Shown here piece after piece: positions 1 to 7,535 of a stretch of 32,000 bases of DNA (position 1 is the stretch's first letter; the number at the start of each line of letters is the position of its first letter). The translations under genes and the position numbers were made by a program. Source of the DNA: Candidatus Thorarchaeota archaeon (GTDB lineage Archaea; Asgardarchaeota; Thorarchaeia; Thorarchaeales; Thorarchaeaceae); the NCBI GenBank assembly GCA_003345555.1, contig PRDJ01000057.1, forward strand, positions 1 through 32,000, written 5' to 3'. The notes under the pieces were generated by a model, which was not told the origin of the DNA, made no database searches, and saw only the letters and a list, made by a program, of their open reading frames with translations.

Positions 1-1572
1 ACAATGGCTCCCTGCAGCGGTCGTCACGTTGTATGTGCACGATCTCCACTAACAGGGTTCTGGGGCGAATCAAACTCAGGTGGCCACTTTGGGGCGAACC
101 TTAGATTTTCAGGTTACGACGGGATACTCATCAAGGGGCGAGCCAAAAAACCCACTATCCTCTTCATCGATGACGGATCTCCAACTCTGGTTCCCGGGGA
201 GCACCTTTGGGGTATGACTACTGACACTGCTCAAGAGAGAATCAAGAAAGACCTTGGAAGAGTGCAGGTGGCCTGCATTGGTCCTGCAGGAGAGAACAAG
301 GTCAGGTTTGCAAGCATTATGAACGACGAGAGGTCGGCAGCAAGATGCGGCCTCGGAGCAGTCATGGGTTCAAAGCTACTCAAGGCGATTGCAGTTCGAG
401 GCAGAAATGAGGTTCCGCTGGCAGACCCTAGTGGTTTCAAGGCTTTAGCTCAGAAATCCTCTCAGACTCTGGGTGAACTCATGGCGCCACTCAGAGACTC
501 AGGCACCGCAGTCTACGTGGACATAGGCATGGAATTCAATGATATGCCCATCAAGTACTTTCAAGAAACCTCCTTCGACATCTCATCTCTCAATGCCAAG
601 GCCATGGCATCAATCTTGACGGGCAGGATTGCTTGTCACTCGTGTCCCATTGGTTGCGGTCGCAAGGTTTCGATTCCCGAGATGGGTCTCGAAGACATCG
701 CCGGGCCCGAGTATCAGACAATTGCGGCTTTCGGAACCAATGTCATGAATACCGACATCAGACAAGTAGCCAGAATGAATAGGCTCTGCAATCAGCTTGG
801 CATGGATACAATATCTTGCGGCAGTACCTTAGCACTGTCAATGTACCTGCGTGAGACCGGTGTTTTGGACATAGACTTGGATTGGGGCGACAGTGACAAG
901 ATGGCTGACATGATCTACGCCATCGCCCTACGCCAGGGACAAGGGAATCTGCTGGCAGAAGGGTCCAAGCGTCTTGGCGATTCTCTAGGTGCCAGCGACC
1001 AAGTCCTTCATGTAAAGGGGCTGGAGGTTCCGAATCATGACCCTCGCGCATTCTCCGGGATGGCGACAATCTATGCTGTAGCAGCTCGTGGCGCCACGCA
1101 CCTAGAGGGCGATATGTACAGCGTGGACATGGGCGCTGATGTGAGAGAGCTGGGAATAAACAGCGGAGACAGGCTCGACAATGAGGGCAAGGGTGCGATA
1201 GCCGCAAGGGCTCAAGACTACAGAGCATTCTTCGATTCACTAGTGATCTGCCACTTTGCGATACTTCCACTCCAAACGATTGTCGACCTGGTTCGCATGG
1301 CCACAGGGAGCACTCTGACCATCAATGACATGTTGACCCTTGGTGCTCGCAGTGTGGCTATCAAGCGGTTGTTCAATCTGAAGTGCGGTTTGAAGCCCGC
1401 GGATGATATACTGCCGGCAAGGCTACTGAAACCTCTCCCTGACAGTGCAACTGACGACTTTGTACCAGATATTCAGATGCAGCTAAAAGACTACTATGCC
1501 TATCGAAGGTGGGACAGAAAGACGGGCAGACCAAGCAGTGAAGCCTTCAAGGAGCTTGGGCTGGTACCCTAA
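1..1572 (+). CDS. aor: Aldehyde:ferredoxin oxidoreductase (tungsten AOR family), 5'-truncated by the window edge
   Basis: Frame is open from base 1. Motifs: SPLTG..GESNSGG, IGPAGEN.V.FA, GLGAVMGSKLLKAI, [4Fe-4S] ligands CHSCPIGC plus a distal C (LVICHF), GPEYQT and LGMDTIS pterin/metal motifs. Confidence 0.95.
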   Translation, partial: TMAPCSGRHVVCARSPLTGFWGESNSGGHFGANLRFSGYDGILIKGRAKKPTILFIDDGSPTLVPGEHLWGMTTDTAQERIKKDLGRVQVACIGPAGENKVRFASIMNDERSAARCGLGAVMGSKLLKAIAVRGRNEVPLADPSGFKALAQKSSQTLGELMAPLRDSGTAVYVDIGMEFNDMPIKYFQETSFDISSLNAKAMASILTGRIACHSCPIGCGRKVSIPEMGLEDIAGPEYQTIAAFGTNVMNTDIRQVARMNRLCNQLGMDTISCGSTLALSMYLRETGVLDIDLDWGDSDKMADMIYAIALRQGQGNLLAEGSKRLGDSLGASDQVLHVKGLEVPNHDPRAFSGMATIYAVAARGATHLEGDMYSVDMGADVRELGINSGDRLDNEGKGAIAARAQDYRAFFDSLVICHFAILPLQTIVDLVRMATGSTLTINDMLTLGARSVAIKRLFNLKCGLKPADDILPARLLKPLPDSATDDFVPDIQMQLKDYYAYRRWDRKTGRPSSEAFKELGLVP

Positions 1573-1916
1573 GCTTTCATCAGACGCTGAAGCTTCATGA
1601 GATCTCTCACTGGGCCCTTTGTCTTGATTCGGCCTCCCATAGCCGCACGTGTGGCCGACACCGTGCCATTCAGGATTCCAAGTATGGTCTCACTGTCCGT
1701 GGTAACTATCAAGTCGGGGTTCTCTGTGGACCCTTCCATCACCGATGCCTGTCCGTTCTGGAAAACCATCGACACATTGAGTCCTATGTCCTCGAAGCTC
1801 ATTAGAAGGGTTTTATCAAAGCCTTCGAAGTGCTTGCGTGTCTTTGGATCTTCAGTCTTACTGGCCATCTTGTGCATTGCCTGCAGAACCTCTTCCTTCG
1901 TCGCCACCTCGATCAC
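1569..1916 (-). CDS. Stand-alone SCP2 (sterol-carrier-protein-2 / lipid-binding) domain protein
   Basis: About 112-115 aa with the SCP2 pattern PDLIVTTDSETILGILNG..SATRAAMGGRIKTKG..RDLMKL. The start may be the GTG at 1907, because GGATGTGAT upstream looks like an RBS. Confidence 0.85.
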   Translation of the reverse strand: MIEVATKEEVLQAMHKMASKTEDPKTRKHFEGFDKTLLMSFEDIGLNVSMVFQNGQASVMEGSTENPDLIVTTDSETILGILNGTVSATRAAMGGRIKTKGPVRDLMKLQRLMKA

Positions 1917-2098
1917 ATCCCTAATTCGCGAATCTTCGATTTTTGAGTTCGCTCGATTCTATTCAGAATGAGGCCTATACAAAAGGTTGCCGAGGGCCAT
2001 ATCGTTCTTATGAGATGGCAACCAAGGCTGCGCAACAGCATGTCCGTATCCGACACCTTATTTCATGACTCTGGCCGCCTTCGGACCGGCGTGACACC

Positions 2099-3025
2099 GT
2101 GCAAATCATCCAAGACCTTTTGTTCAGGTTTGGCTTGTTCTATTTCCTAATCTTGGCAGGATACCTGCTGAGCAGGGTGTCACAGAAAGTCTTCACATTC
2201 GGCAAGCTTCTCAACTCTCTTCTCATCAATCTCCTTCTGCCCCTCCTAGTACTCTACACACTCCTGAATGTCTCTGGTCAGATTCTTGCTGAATTCTTTG
2301 CGATAATTGGGTTAGCAGTACTTGCTCACTTGCTTGGCGCAGGGATAATGCTCCTAAGACTCAGGAAGTCGAAACTCGAACGCAGGGCACAAGGTGCTCT
2401 GCTGCTTTCTGCTGCATATATTAACAGCATTTTCTTGCCCATTCCTCTGGTTCTGATTCTCATTGGACCCGAGGGTATTCCGATTGTGGCGCTGTTCTCT
2501 GTCGTCCAGGTTACACTGCTGGCCCTTATCGGTCCCGTAATAGGTTCTGCATACGGCGGCAAGAAGTCCAGCTGGAGATCCGCCGCCCGCTCGGTTCTCT
2601 TGTTTCCACCCCTGTTGGCTGTGTTTCTTGCAGTTGTACTCATGACCTTCGGCATAGTGCTACCCACCGTACTGGCATCAGGTCTCTCTCTGAGTGGCAC
2701 ACTGACCACTTATCTGGCACTGCTTGAAGTGGGTATCAGTGTCGGCCATCGTTTCTCCTTGGTGGATGCACGCACTGCATTGGATGCGATACTTGTTCGC
2801 CAGCTTATCGTACCTGCAATCATTGTCGCGGTCTTGTTATTCATTGGTTTGTCGGAGATCACGACGAAGGTTCTCATCCTAGAGGCCATGATGCCTTCGG
2901 CGGTAACGACAGTCGTCTACGCGGCAGGTCTGAACCTAGATTCCGAGCTGACGGCGACAGTTGTTACTGTTGGCACGCTCTTGCTTCTCCCGGTGATTCC
3001 GTTCTTGTGGTTGATAATCGGCTAG
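2099..3025 (+). CDS. AEC family (auxin efflux carrier / PIN-like, malonate permease-like) transporter
   Basis: 308 aa with about 10 hydrophobic segments in two repeats; crossover motifs N..FLPIP and EAMMPSA; C-terminal ATVVTVGTLL. Confidence 0.85.
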   Translation: MQIIQDLLFRFGLFYFLILAGYLLSRVSQKVFTFGKLLNSLLINLLLPLLVLYTLLNVSGQILAEFFAIIGLAVLAHLLGAGIMLLRLRKSKLERRAQGALLLSAAYINSIFLPIPLVLILIGPEGIPIVALFSVVQVTLLALIGPVIGSAYGGKKSSWRSAARSVLLFPPLLAVFLAVVLMTFGIVLPTVLASGLSLSGTLTTYLALLEVGISVGHRFSLVDARTALDAILVRQLIVPAIIVAVLLFIGLSEITTKVLILEAMMPSAVTTVVYAAGLNLDSELTATVVTVGTLLLLPVIPFLWLIIG

Positions 3026-3121
3026 CTGCATTCAGAGACCGCACTTGCCATCGAGGACAGACAACTCCATCCGAATGCATATATCATCCGATTCTCAAGC
3101 CAGTCATTGGCAGTGAGTTGT

Positions 3122-3445
3122 ATGAGCCGACACGTTTCTGAAAAGGAGCGAGACCCCGGCAAGATCAAGAAATCGCTCGACGATGCAGTGCACAAGTTGG
3201 ACCAAGAGTCCAGTTCAAGCGAAAGCTGGGGCGAGAAGCTGTCTGAGAATCGGGAAGAGTGGGAGGACCTCAAGAAGAAGATCAAGGAACGACAGAGGGC
3301 GCTAAAGGCTCTGGTGCGCGAAAAGAGGGCTGGCACGATTGGGGCAGAGGAATTCGAAAGGAAATACAAAGTGCTACAAGACGAACTCACAGAACTTGAG
3401 TTCGAAGTATACAACATGCGGCTAGGAACAGATCTGCATGTATGA
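3122..3445 (+). CDS. Hypothetical charged coiled-coil protein with a SHOCT-like GTIGAEEF segment
   Basis: 107 aa from ATG 3122 (in frame with the track ORF at 3107); E/K-rich helical composition; TATA-like CATATATC upstream. Confidence 0.7.
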   Translation: MSRHVSEKERDPGKIKKSLDDAVHKLDQESSSSESWGEKLSENREEWEDLKKKIKERQRALKALVREKRAGTIGAEEFERKYKVLQDELTELEFEVYNMRLGTDLHV

Positions 3446-3476
3446 TGGATGAATCCCCTTTTCTCATGGCTGTCAA

Positions 3477-4547
3477 CTACTCATGCTTCGCGCGCTGAAT
3501 AAGAACGGCGGTCTCAATTATCGCAACGACGGACAGTAGACCGGACATCATGATTAGAACGAGATTTGTTACACCGCTTGAGTTGGAGGCTGCTCCATGC
3601 TCAAGGGCGGACACCAATACGCCGAGGTTGTAAGACATCATTGCCACATAGTCTGCGAACCCCGAGAATGACACGGTATTCCACCAAATCAGTGTCCCTC
3701 CGTAGTCTTGGACCAACTGGTAAGCGAACTCCCCACCAGTCTCGAGTCGGGAGACGTCAGAACCCAGAATCAATTGGATAGTGCCGTTTCTGAGTGCGTC
3801 TTGGACCGTTAGAAGTTCACCGGGGGAGATGAATACGTTCTCAACCTGTAGGACCGCATCACAAATGATTCCGAATGTCTCCGCCACATAGGCCTCCTCT
3901 GCAGCGACCACTATTGCCCGCATGCTTGAGAAATGATATTGTGAGTTTCGAACGGCCACTAGGTCTTCGAATCCCTGTACGTCACCAACGAATCCTCTGA
4001 AGTTAGCGTTCCAGATACTGGACATCGTGAAATTGAGCATGCCAAGGGCTGCGCGTGTGGCATTCGCTATAGCAATAGCATTACGCGGTAACAACCAATA
4101 TCCGTGAGGGTTCGCATTCTGTTCCTCTTGGGACGTCTGGTTGCCTTCTCCCGTTCCCGGCATGGCCGACAATGTTGCTCCATAGTCTTCGTATCGTGCA
4201 ATCGCACTGCTGTCCTCTAGGCTTACGAATGGTTTGCCGGTTTGATTAATCAAGTCCGTTTCCCATGGGAAGTGGCCTGTAAGAACGAGCAGGTCCGCCG
4301 CATTTGCAGCATTGACAACATCCTGCGGCAACTGAGATGCATGGGGATCCAATCCTTCAGGGAACAAGGTGGATGCATTCACGTAATCTCCCCCAACCTG
4401 CTGCGCAATCCCTGCAAGGGGGGCAATGGATCCAGCAACTCTCAGAACGTTAGAGCTGCGATTTGAGGGTGAAGCAGGTGCTGCCAGTGGATAGAGTGTC
4501 AGAAGTATCGCTGACACAACAGCAATCACAGCTCTCTTTCTGGCCAC
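3477..4547 (-). CDS. Metal ABC transporter substrate-binding protein (ZnuA/TroA, cluster A-I) with C-terminal membrane anchor
   Basis: Signal peptide; GLDPH and NPH.YWL metal motifs; many N-x-S/T sequons; C-terminal TM helix; RBS AGGAGGAG upstream of the GTG. Confidence 0.85.
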   Translation of the reverse strand: MARKRAVIAVVSAILLTLYPLAAPASPSNRSSNVLRVAGSIAPLAGIAQQVGGDYVNASTLFPEGLDPHASQLPQDVVNAANAADLLVLTGHFPWETDLINQTGKPFVSLEDSSAIARYEDYGATLSAMPGTGEGNQTSQEEQNANPHGYWLLPRNAIAIANATRAALGMLNFTMSSIWNANFRGFVGDVQGFEDLVAVRNSQYHFSSMRAIVVAAEEAYVAETFGIICDAVLQVENVFISPGELLTVQDALRNGTIQLILGSDVSRLETGGEFAYQLVQDYGGTLIWWNTVSFSGFADYVAMMSYNLGVLVSALEHGAASNSSGVTNLVLIMMSGLLSVVAIIETAVLIQRAKHE

Positions 4548-4569
4548 TGGTCTCTACTCCTCCTGTGTG

Positions 4570-4597
4570 ATATTAACATTTCATGGAATGCTAATAT
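4570..4597. promoter_or_regulatory. Putative NikR operator: 28-bp palindrome ATATTA-N16-TAATAT
   Basis: ATATTAACATTTCA|TGGAATGCTAATAT has 12 of 14 arm positions complementary. It lies between the divergent SBP and nikR genes and has the same 6-16-6 geometry as the E. coli NikR site. Confidence 0.7.
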
Positions 4598-4679
4598 TCT
4601 TAAGGGTTCCGACAGAAGGCAAGATGCATCCTCGTGTTGCATCGAGGCAGACTCGTCAACCGTAGTGCGGGCGACCAAG

Positions 4680-5075
4680 ATGGCAATAGTAGCAGTCTCA
4701 ATGCCTGATTCTGATTTGAACGAACTTGAGAAGATGCAGACCGATGGAGGTTTTTCCAGCAGGTCCGAAGTGGTCCGACACGCACTGCAGTCACTTATCG
4801 CCGAACAGAGGACGCTGGAATTGGCTTCAGGTGACATCACGGCAGTCTTCACGGTCATATACTCGGAAAGAGGAAAGAACGACCAGTGTGACCAAGTGCA
4901 GCACGACTACAGCCGAATGGTAGCTGCGGTCATGCATGCTCATGCGACCGATGGCGGTTGTGTTGAAGTGATGCTGGTCAAGGGAGCGGCGAGCGGCGTG
5001 AGGGAATTCCTGAATAGGCTCAGGACCCAAAGGCAGGTGATTCGCGTTCAGGTCAGTCTTGTGGGAGCACAATGA
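4680..5075 (+). CDS. nikR: NikR-family ribbon-helix-helix metal-responsive regulator
   Basis: N-terminal RHH (IVAVSMP..SSRSEVVRHAL) and ACT-like domain with H-x10-H-x-H-x5-C (QHDYSRMVAAVMHAHATDGGCVE), the exact spacing of E. coli NikR H76/H87/H89/C95. ATG at 4680. Confidence 0.9.
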   Translation: MAIVAVSMPDSDLNELEKMQTDGGFSSRSEVVRHALQSLIAEQRTLELASGDITAVFTVIYSERGKNDQCDQVQHDYSRMVAAVMHAHATDGGCVEVMLVKGAASGVREFLNRLRTQRQVIRVQVSLVGAQ

Positions 5076-5076
5076 T

Positions 5077-5880
5077 ATGGAACCCCGGTATCTATTCGAT
5101 GCTGCAGACCTGATGGTCAGGTATCCGAACGGCGAGGTAGCATTGCATGATGTCACGTTCAAAGTGAAAGCTCCATCATTTACTGCTATCATTGGGCCGA
5201 ATGGATCGGGGAAGAGCACCCTCCTCAAGACAGCACTGGGCATGATGAAGCCCATGAAGGGTTACATAAGAGTTCTCGGCTATGACTCTCAACGTGATAA
5301 GGCCAAGATACGAAGACTCGTACGATATGTGCCCCAGCGAGATCGGATTGGTCTCACTGTGCCTATGAAAGTGAAGGATATCGTGCTCATGGGCCGACTG
5401 TTGAAGAAGCTACCTCCAAGGCTTGCCTCCAGTCATGACGTCGAGGTCGCGAAGACTGCACTTGAACAGGTTGACATGCTTGACATGTGGAACCATCCTT
5501 TTCCTGAATTGTCTGGTGGTCAACGCCAAAGGGTTCTGGTTGCGAGAGCATTGGCTGGAGAGGGAGAGATACTCATGCTTGATGAACCTCTTACAGGCAC
5601 CGATATAGAGAGTCAGGATCTAATTGTGAAAGCTCTGAGCGAGTATCATGAGAATAATGAAGTCAGCATTGTAATCGTCACGCACGACCTGAATCCGGTC
5701 CATACGATGGTCGAGAATGTTCTTCTTCTCAAGGGAACCGTCGAAGGAATCGGCGAGCCATGTAGTATCATGGACCCAGAGATTGTTGCTCGCGTCTACG
5801 GACCAACGGCGAGGATAGTAGAGTATGGTGGGCACAAGTACTGTGTTATGAAGGATCTGGGATTTGATCGTCATGATTGA
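5077..5880 (+). CDS. Metal ABC transporter ATP-binding protein (ZnuC/MntA family)
   Basis: Walker A GPNGSGKST, YVPQ Q-loop, LSGGQRQR signature, LMLDEP, VTHD. ATG 5077 directly follows the nikR stop. Confidence 0.93.
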   Translation: MEPRYLFDAADLMVRYPNGEVALHDVTFKVKAPSFTAIIGPNGSGKSTLLKTALGMMKPMKGYIRVLGYDSQRDKAKIRRLVRYVPQRDRIGLTVPMKVKDIVLMGRLLKKLPPRLASSHDVEVAKTALEQVDMLDMWNHPFPELSGGQRQRVLVARALAGEGEILMLDEPLTGTDIESQDLIVKALSEYHENNEVSIVIVTHDLNPVHTMVENVLLLKGTVEGIGEPCSIMDPEIVARVYGPTARIVEYGGHKYCVMKDLGFDRHD

Positions 5881-6811
5881 TATCATTCAACTCATCTTAA
5901 CGACGCCGTTTCTGCAGCGCGCGCTCGTTGGTGCAATACTAATCGCCATCGTGTCCTCGACTAGCGGCACATTTCTTGTGTTCCGAGGGCTCTCGTTCAT
6001 GACCTCAGGTGTTGCTCATGCAGCTCTAGGCGGTGCAGCTCTGGGTTTGTTCCTGCAGTACACAGGAATAGCCCCTTGGTTCGACCCGATACTTGGAGCG
6101 CTTGTCTTTAGCGTCTTTGTGGCCTTGGTAACGGGCTACGCTGGCGAATCTGGAATAACGGAGAAAATGGAGGTTGCAGTCGGCGTATCCTTCGCATTAT
6201 CAATGAGCATTGCCGTGTTCCTGATGTACTATATTCCGCCAACTCAGGTTCCGCAAATTTGGGGCTATCTCATAGGCGATATCTTACTGCTGAACACCTT
6301 CGACATTATCATGTTAGCAGGAACCGCCTTGCTTCTTCTGCTGATCACGATGATGTTCAACAAGGAGTTCGTCTATGTCAGCGTTGACATGGAGGGCTCT
6401 CTTGCACATGGACTGAATGCACGCTTGTATCACTACTTGATGCTCATAACTTCAGCCCTCGCCATTGCTCTTGCTACCAAAGCTGTTGGGGCCATTCTTG
6501 TATATGCCATAATGGTTGCACCTGCCGCGGCGTCAAACGAGGTTGTCCATTCTGTGAGGGGTGTTGTGGTGGGAGTATTCTGCATAGCTGTGCTGTCAGA
6601 AGTGGTTGGACTCGTTGTGTCATTCGCAGTCAGGGCATCGCCGAGCGCGATTGCGGGAATCATCGCGGCATTGTCATATGTCATAGCGATGCAGATCAAG
6701 AGGATTCGAGAGCGGGTGAAGCAAGTTGGAGTCCCATCCAGGTCTCAGGACTTGAAGAAGACGATATCCCCGCCGACTCCAGACGGGCCTGATGCCAATC
6801 ATGCGCATTGA
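5873..6811 (+). CDS. Metal ABC transporter permease (ZnuB/MntB, ABC-3 family)
   Basis: FLQRAL, G.FLVFRGLSF...GVAHAALGG, YLIGDIL, KAVGAILV..IMVAPAAA. Overlaps the ATPase stop (ATGATTGA). Confidence 0.93.
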   Translation: MIDIIQLILTTPFLQRALVGAILIAIVSSTSGTFLVFRGLSFMTSGVAHAALGGAALGLFLQYTGIAPWFDPILGALVFSVFVALVTGYAGESGITEKMEVAVGVSFALSMSIAVFLMYYIPPTQVPQIWGYLIGDILLLNTFDIIMLAGTALLLLLITMMFNKEFVYVSVDMEGSLAHGLNARLYHYLMLITSALAIALATKAVGAILVYAIMVAPAAASNEVVHSVRGVVVGVFCIAVLSEVVGLVVSFAVRASPSAIAGIIAALSYVIAMQIKRIRERVKQVGVPSRSQDLKKTISPPTPDGPDANHAH

Positions 6812-6906
6812 ACGAACTCGTGTCCGAACGCCAGACTTGCTCTGTCTAGGCACATTCTTGGCGGTATGTTTAAGTAAGATACGAGGGCTCTCCGGCGCCA
6901 AGGTCG

Positions 6907-7311
6907 GTGAGAACGGCTGTGAGCGATGAGGTTCCAGAGCGCCGCGAGGTTGTACGATCCACAGTGGTATCGGTGATTCTTGCTGTAGTCTTCCTTATTC
7001 TCGCTATCGCACTCTGGGCGTGGTCAGCTCCTGGACTGGTAAGCCCGGTTTCTTACCTGAATTCCATCAATCCATACATATCCGTGGTCCTTGAGATTCT
7101 TGCGATGTTTGGGTTCTTTGTCTTCATCACAGTAACCGTAGTGAATCTCAGGCTTGGTCTTACTGAGATAAGAGCAGGATGGACCGAGGTTGTCACGACG
7201 ATTGTCTTGGTCACGATAGTGTCGTGGGCCATGTTTGGTGCTAGCATAAGCGGAGCTAGCTTGATTCTTTCCTTGGCCTTCGTTGTCTACCTGTACTTGC
7301 TGCAAGACTGA
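6907..7311 (+). CDS. Hypothetical membrane protein (about 4 TM)
   Basis: 134 aa with four long hydrophobic segments; TATA-like TTTAAGTA about 35 nt upstream. Confidence 0.75.
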   Translation: MRTAVSDEVPERREVVRSTVVSVILAVVFLILAIALWAWSAPGLVSPVSYLNSINPYISVVLEILAMFGFFVFITVTVVNLRLGLTEIRAGWTEVVTTIVLVTIVSWAMFGASISGASLILSLAFVVYLYLLQD

Positions 7312-7330
7312 TCAGGATGTCACGTCCTGA
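7312..7330 (+). terminator. Possible terminator hairpin after the membrane-protein gene
   Basis: TCAGGA(TG)/(CG)TCCTGA stem starting right after the TGA stop; no long U tract. Confidence 0.3.
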
Positions 7331-7455
7331 AGGACAGGTTGTTTCTCTGTCATCTAGAAGACAAGCTCTTAATGGCAAACTTTATGTGCCGTAATAGAGA
7401 GGCCTCCTTAGTCCAGTGACAGAACTCGAGAACGCTGGCCGCATTGAACGCGTCT

Positions 7456-7515
7456 GAACTGGCCGGCCTCATCGGCTGGTTCTGAGCTCGTGACTTCGCG
7501 GAATTCGTTGCGAGC
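7456..7515 (+). promoter_or_regulatory. Candidate structured 5' leader of the psmA/exosome operon (two tandem hairpins)
   Basis: Stem 7456-7465/7473-7482 (10 bp) and stem 7486-7494/7507-7515 (9 bp), each with tandem U.G/G.U pairs; ends 7 nt before the GGAGG RBS. Confidence 0.4.
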
Positions 7516-7535
7516 ATTACTTGGAGGATATTGTC

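Noticed and set aside
758-1270. Long antisense or alternate-frame ORFs (for example 758-1270, 1597-1971, 7350-7880, 17705-18091, 21752-22228, 20070-20459)
   Set aside because: They overlap well-supported genes, have shadow-like composition and carry no recognisable motifs.
2012-2060. GAGATGGCA... upstream of the AEC transporter, resembling the start of a fluoride riboswitch
   Set aside because: No complementary P1 strand and no GCUGAUG..CCUAC 3' element; the downstream gene is not a fluoride exporter.
1985-2090. GGTTGCC/GGCAACC inverted repeat (25-nt spacer) and a cUUCGg mini-hairpin before the AEC start
   Set aside because: The stems are short or interrupted and expected by chance; there is no second copy or other support.
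2418-2445. ATATTAACA copy of the operator half-site inside the AEC gene
   Set aside because: No TAATAT partner 16 bp downstream, and it lies within coding sequence.
4623-4647. Overlapping inverted repeats GATGCA-N9-TGCATC and CCTCG/CGAGG upstream of nikR
   Set aside because: Only 5-6 bp each, and the geometry does not match NikR; the 4570-4597 palindrome is a better candidate.
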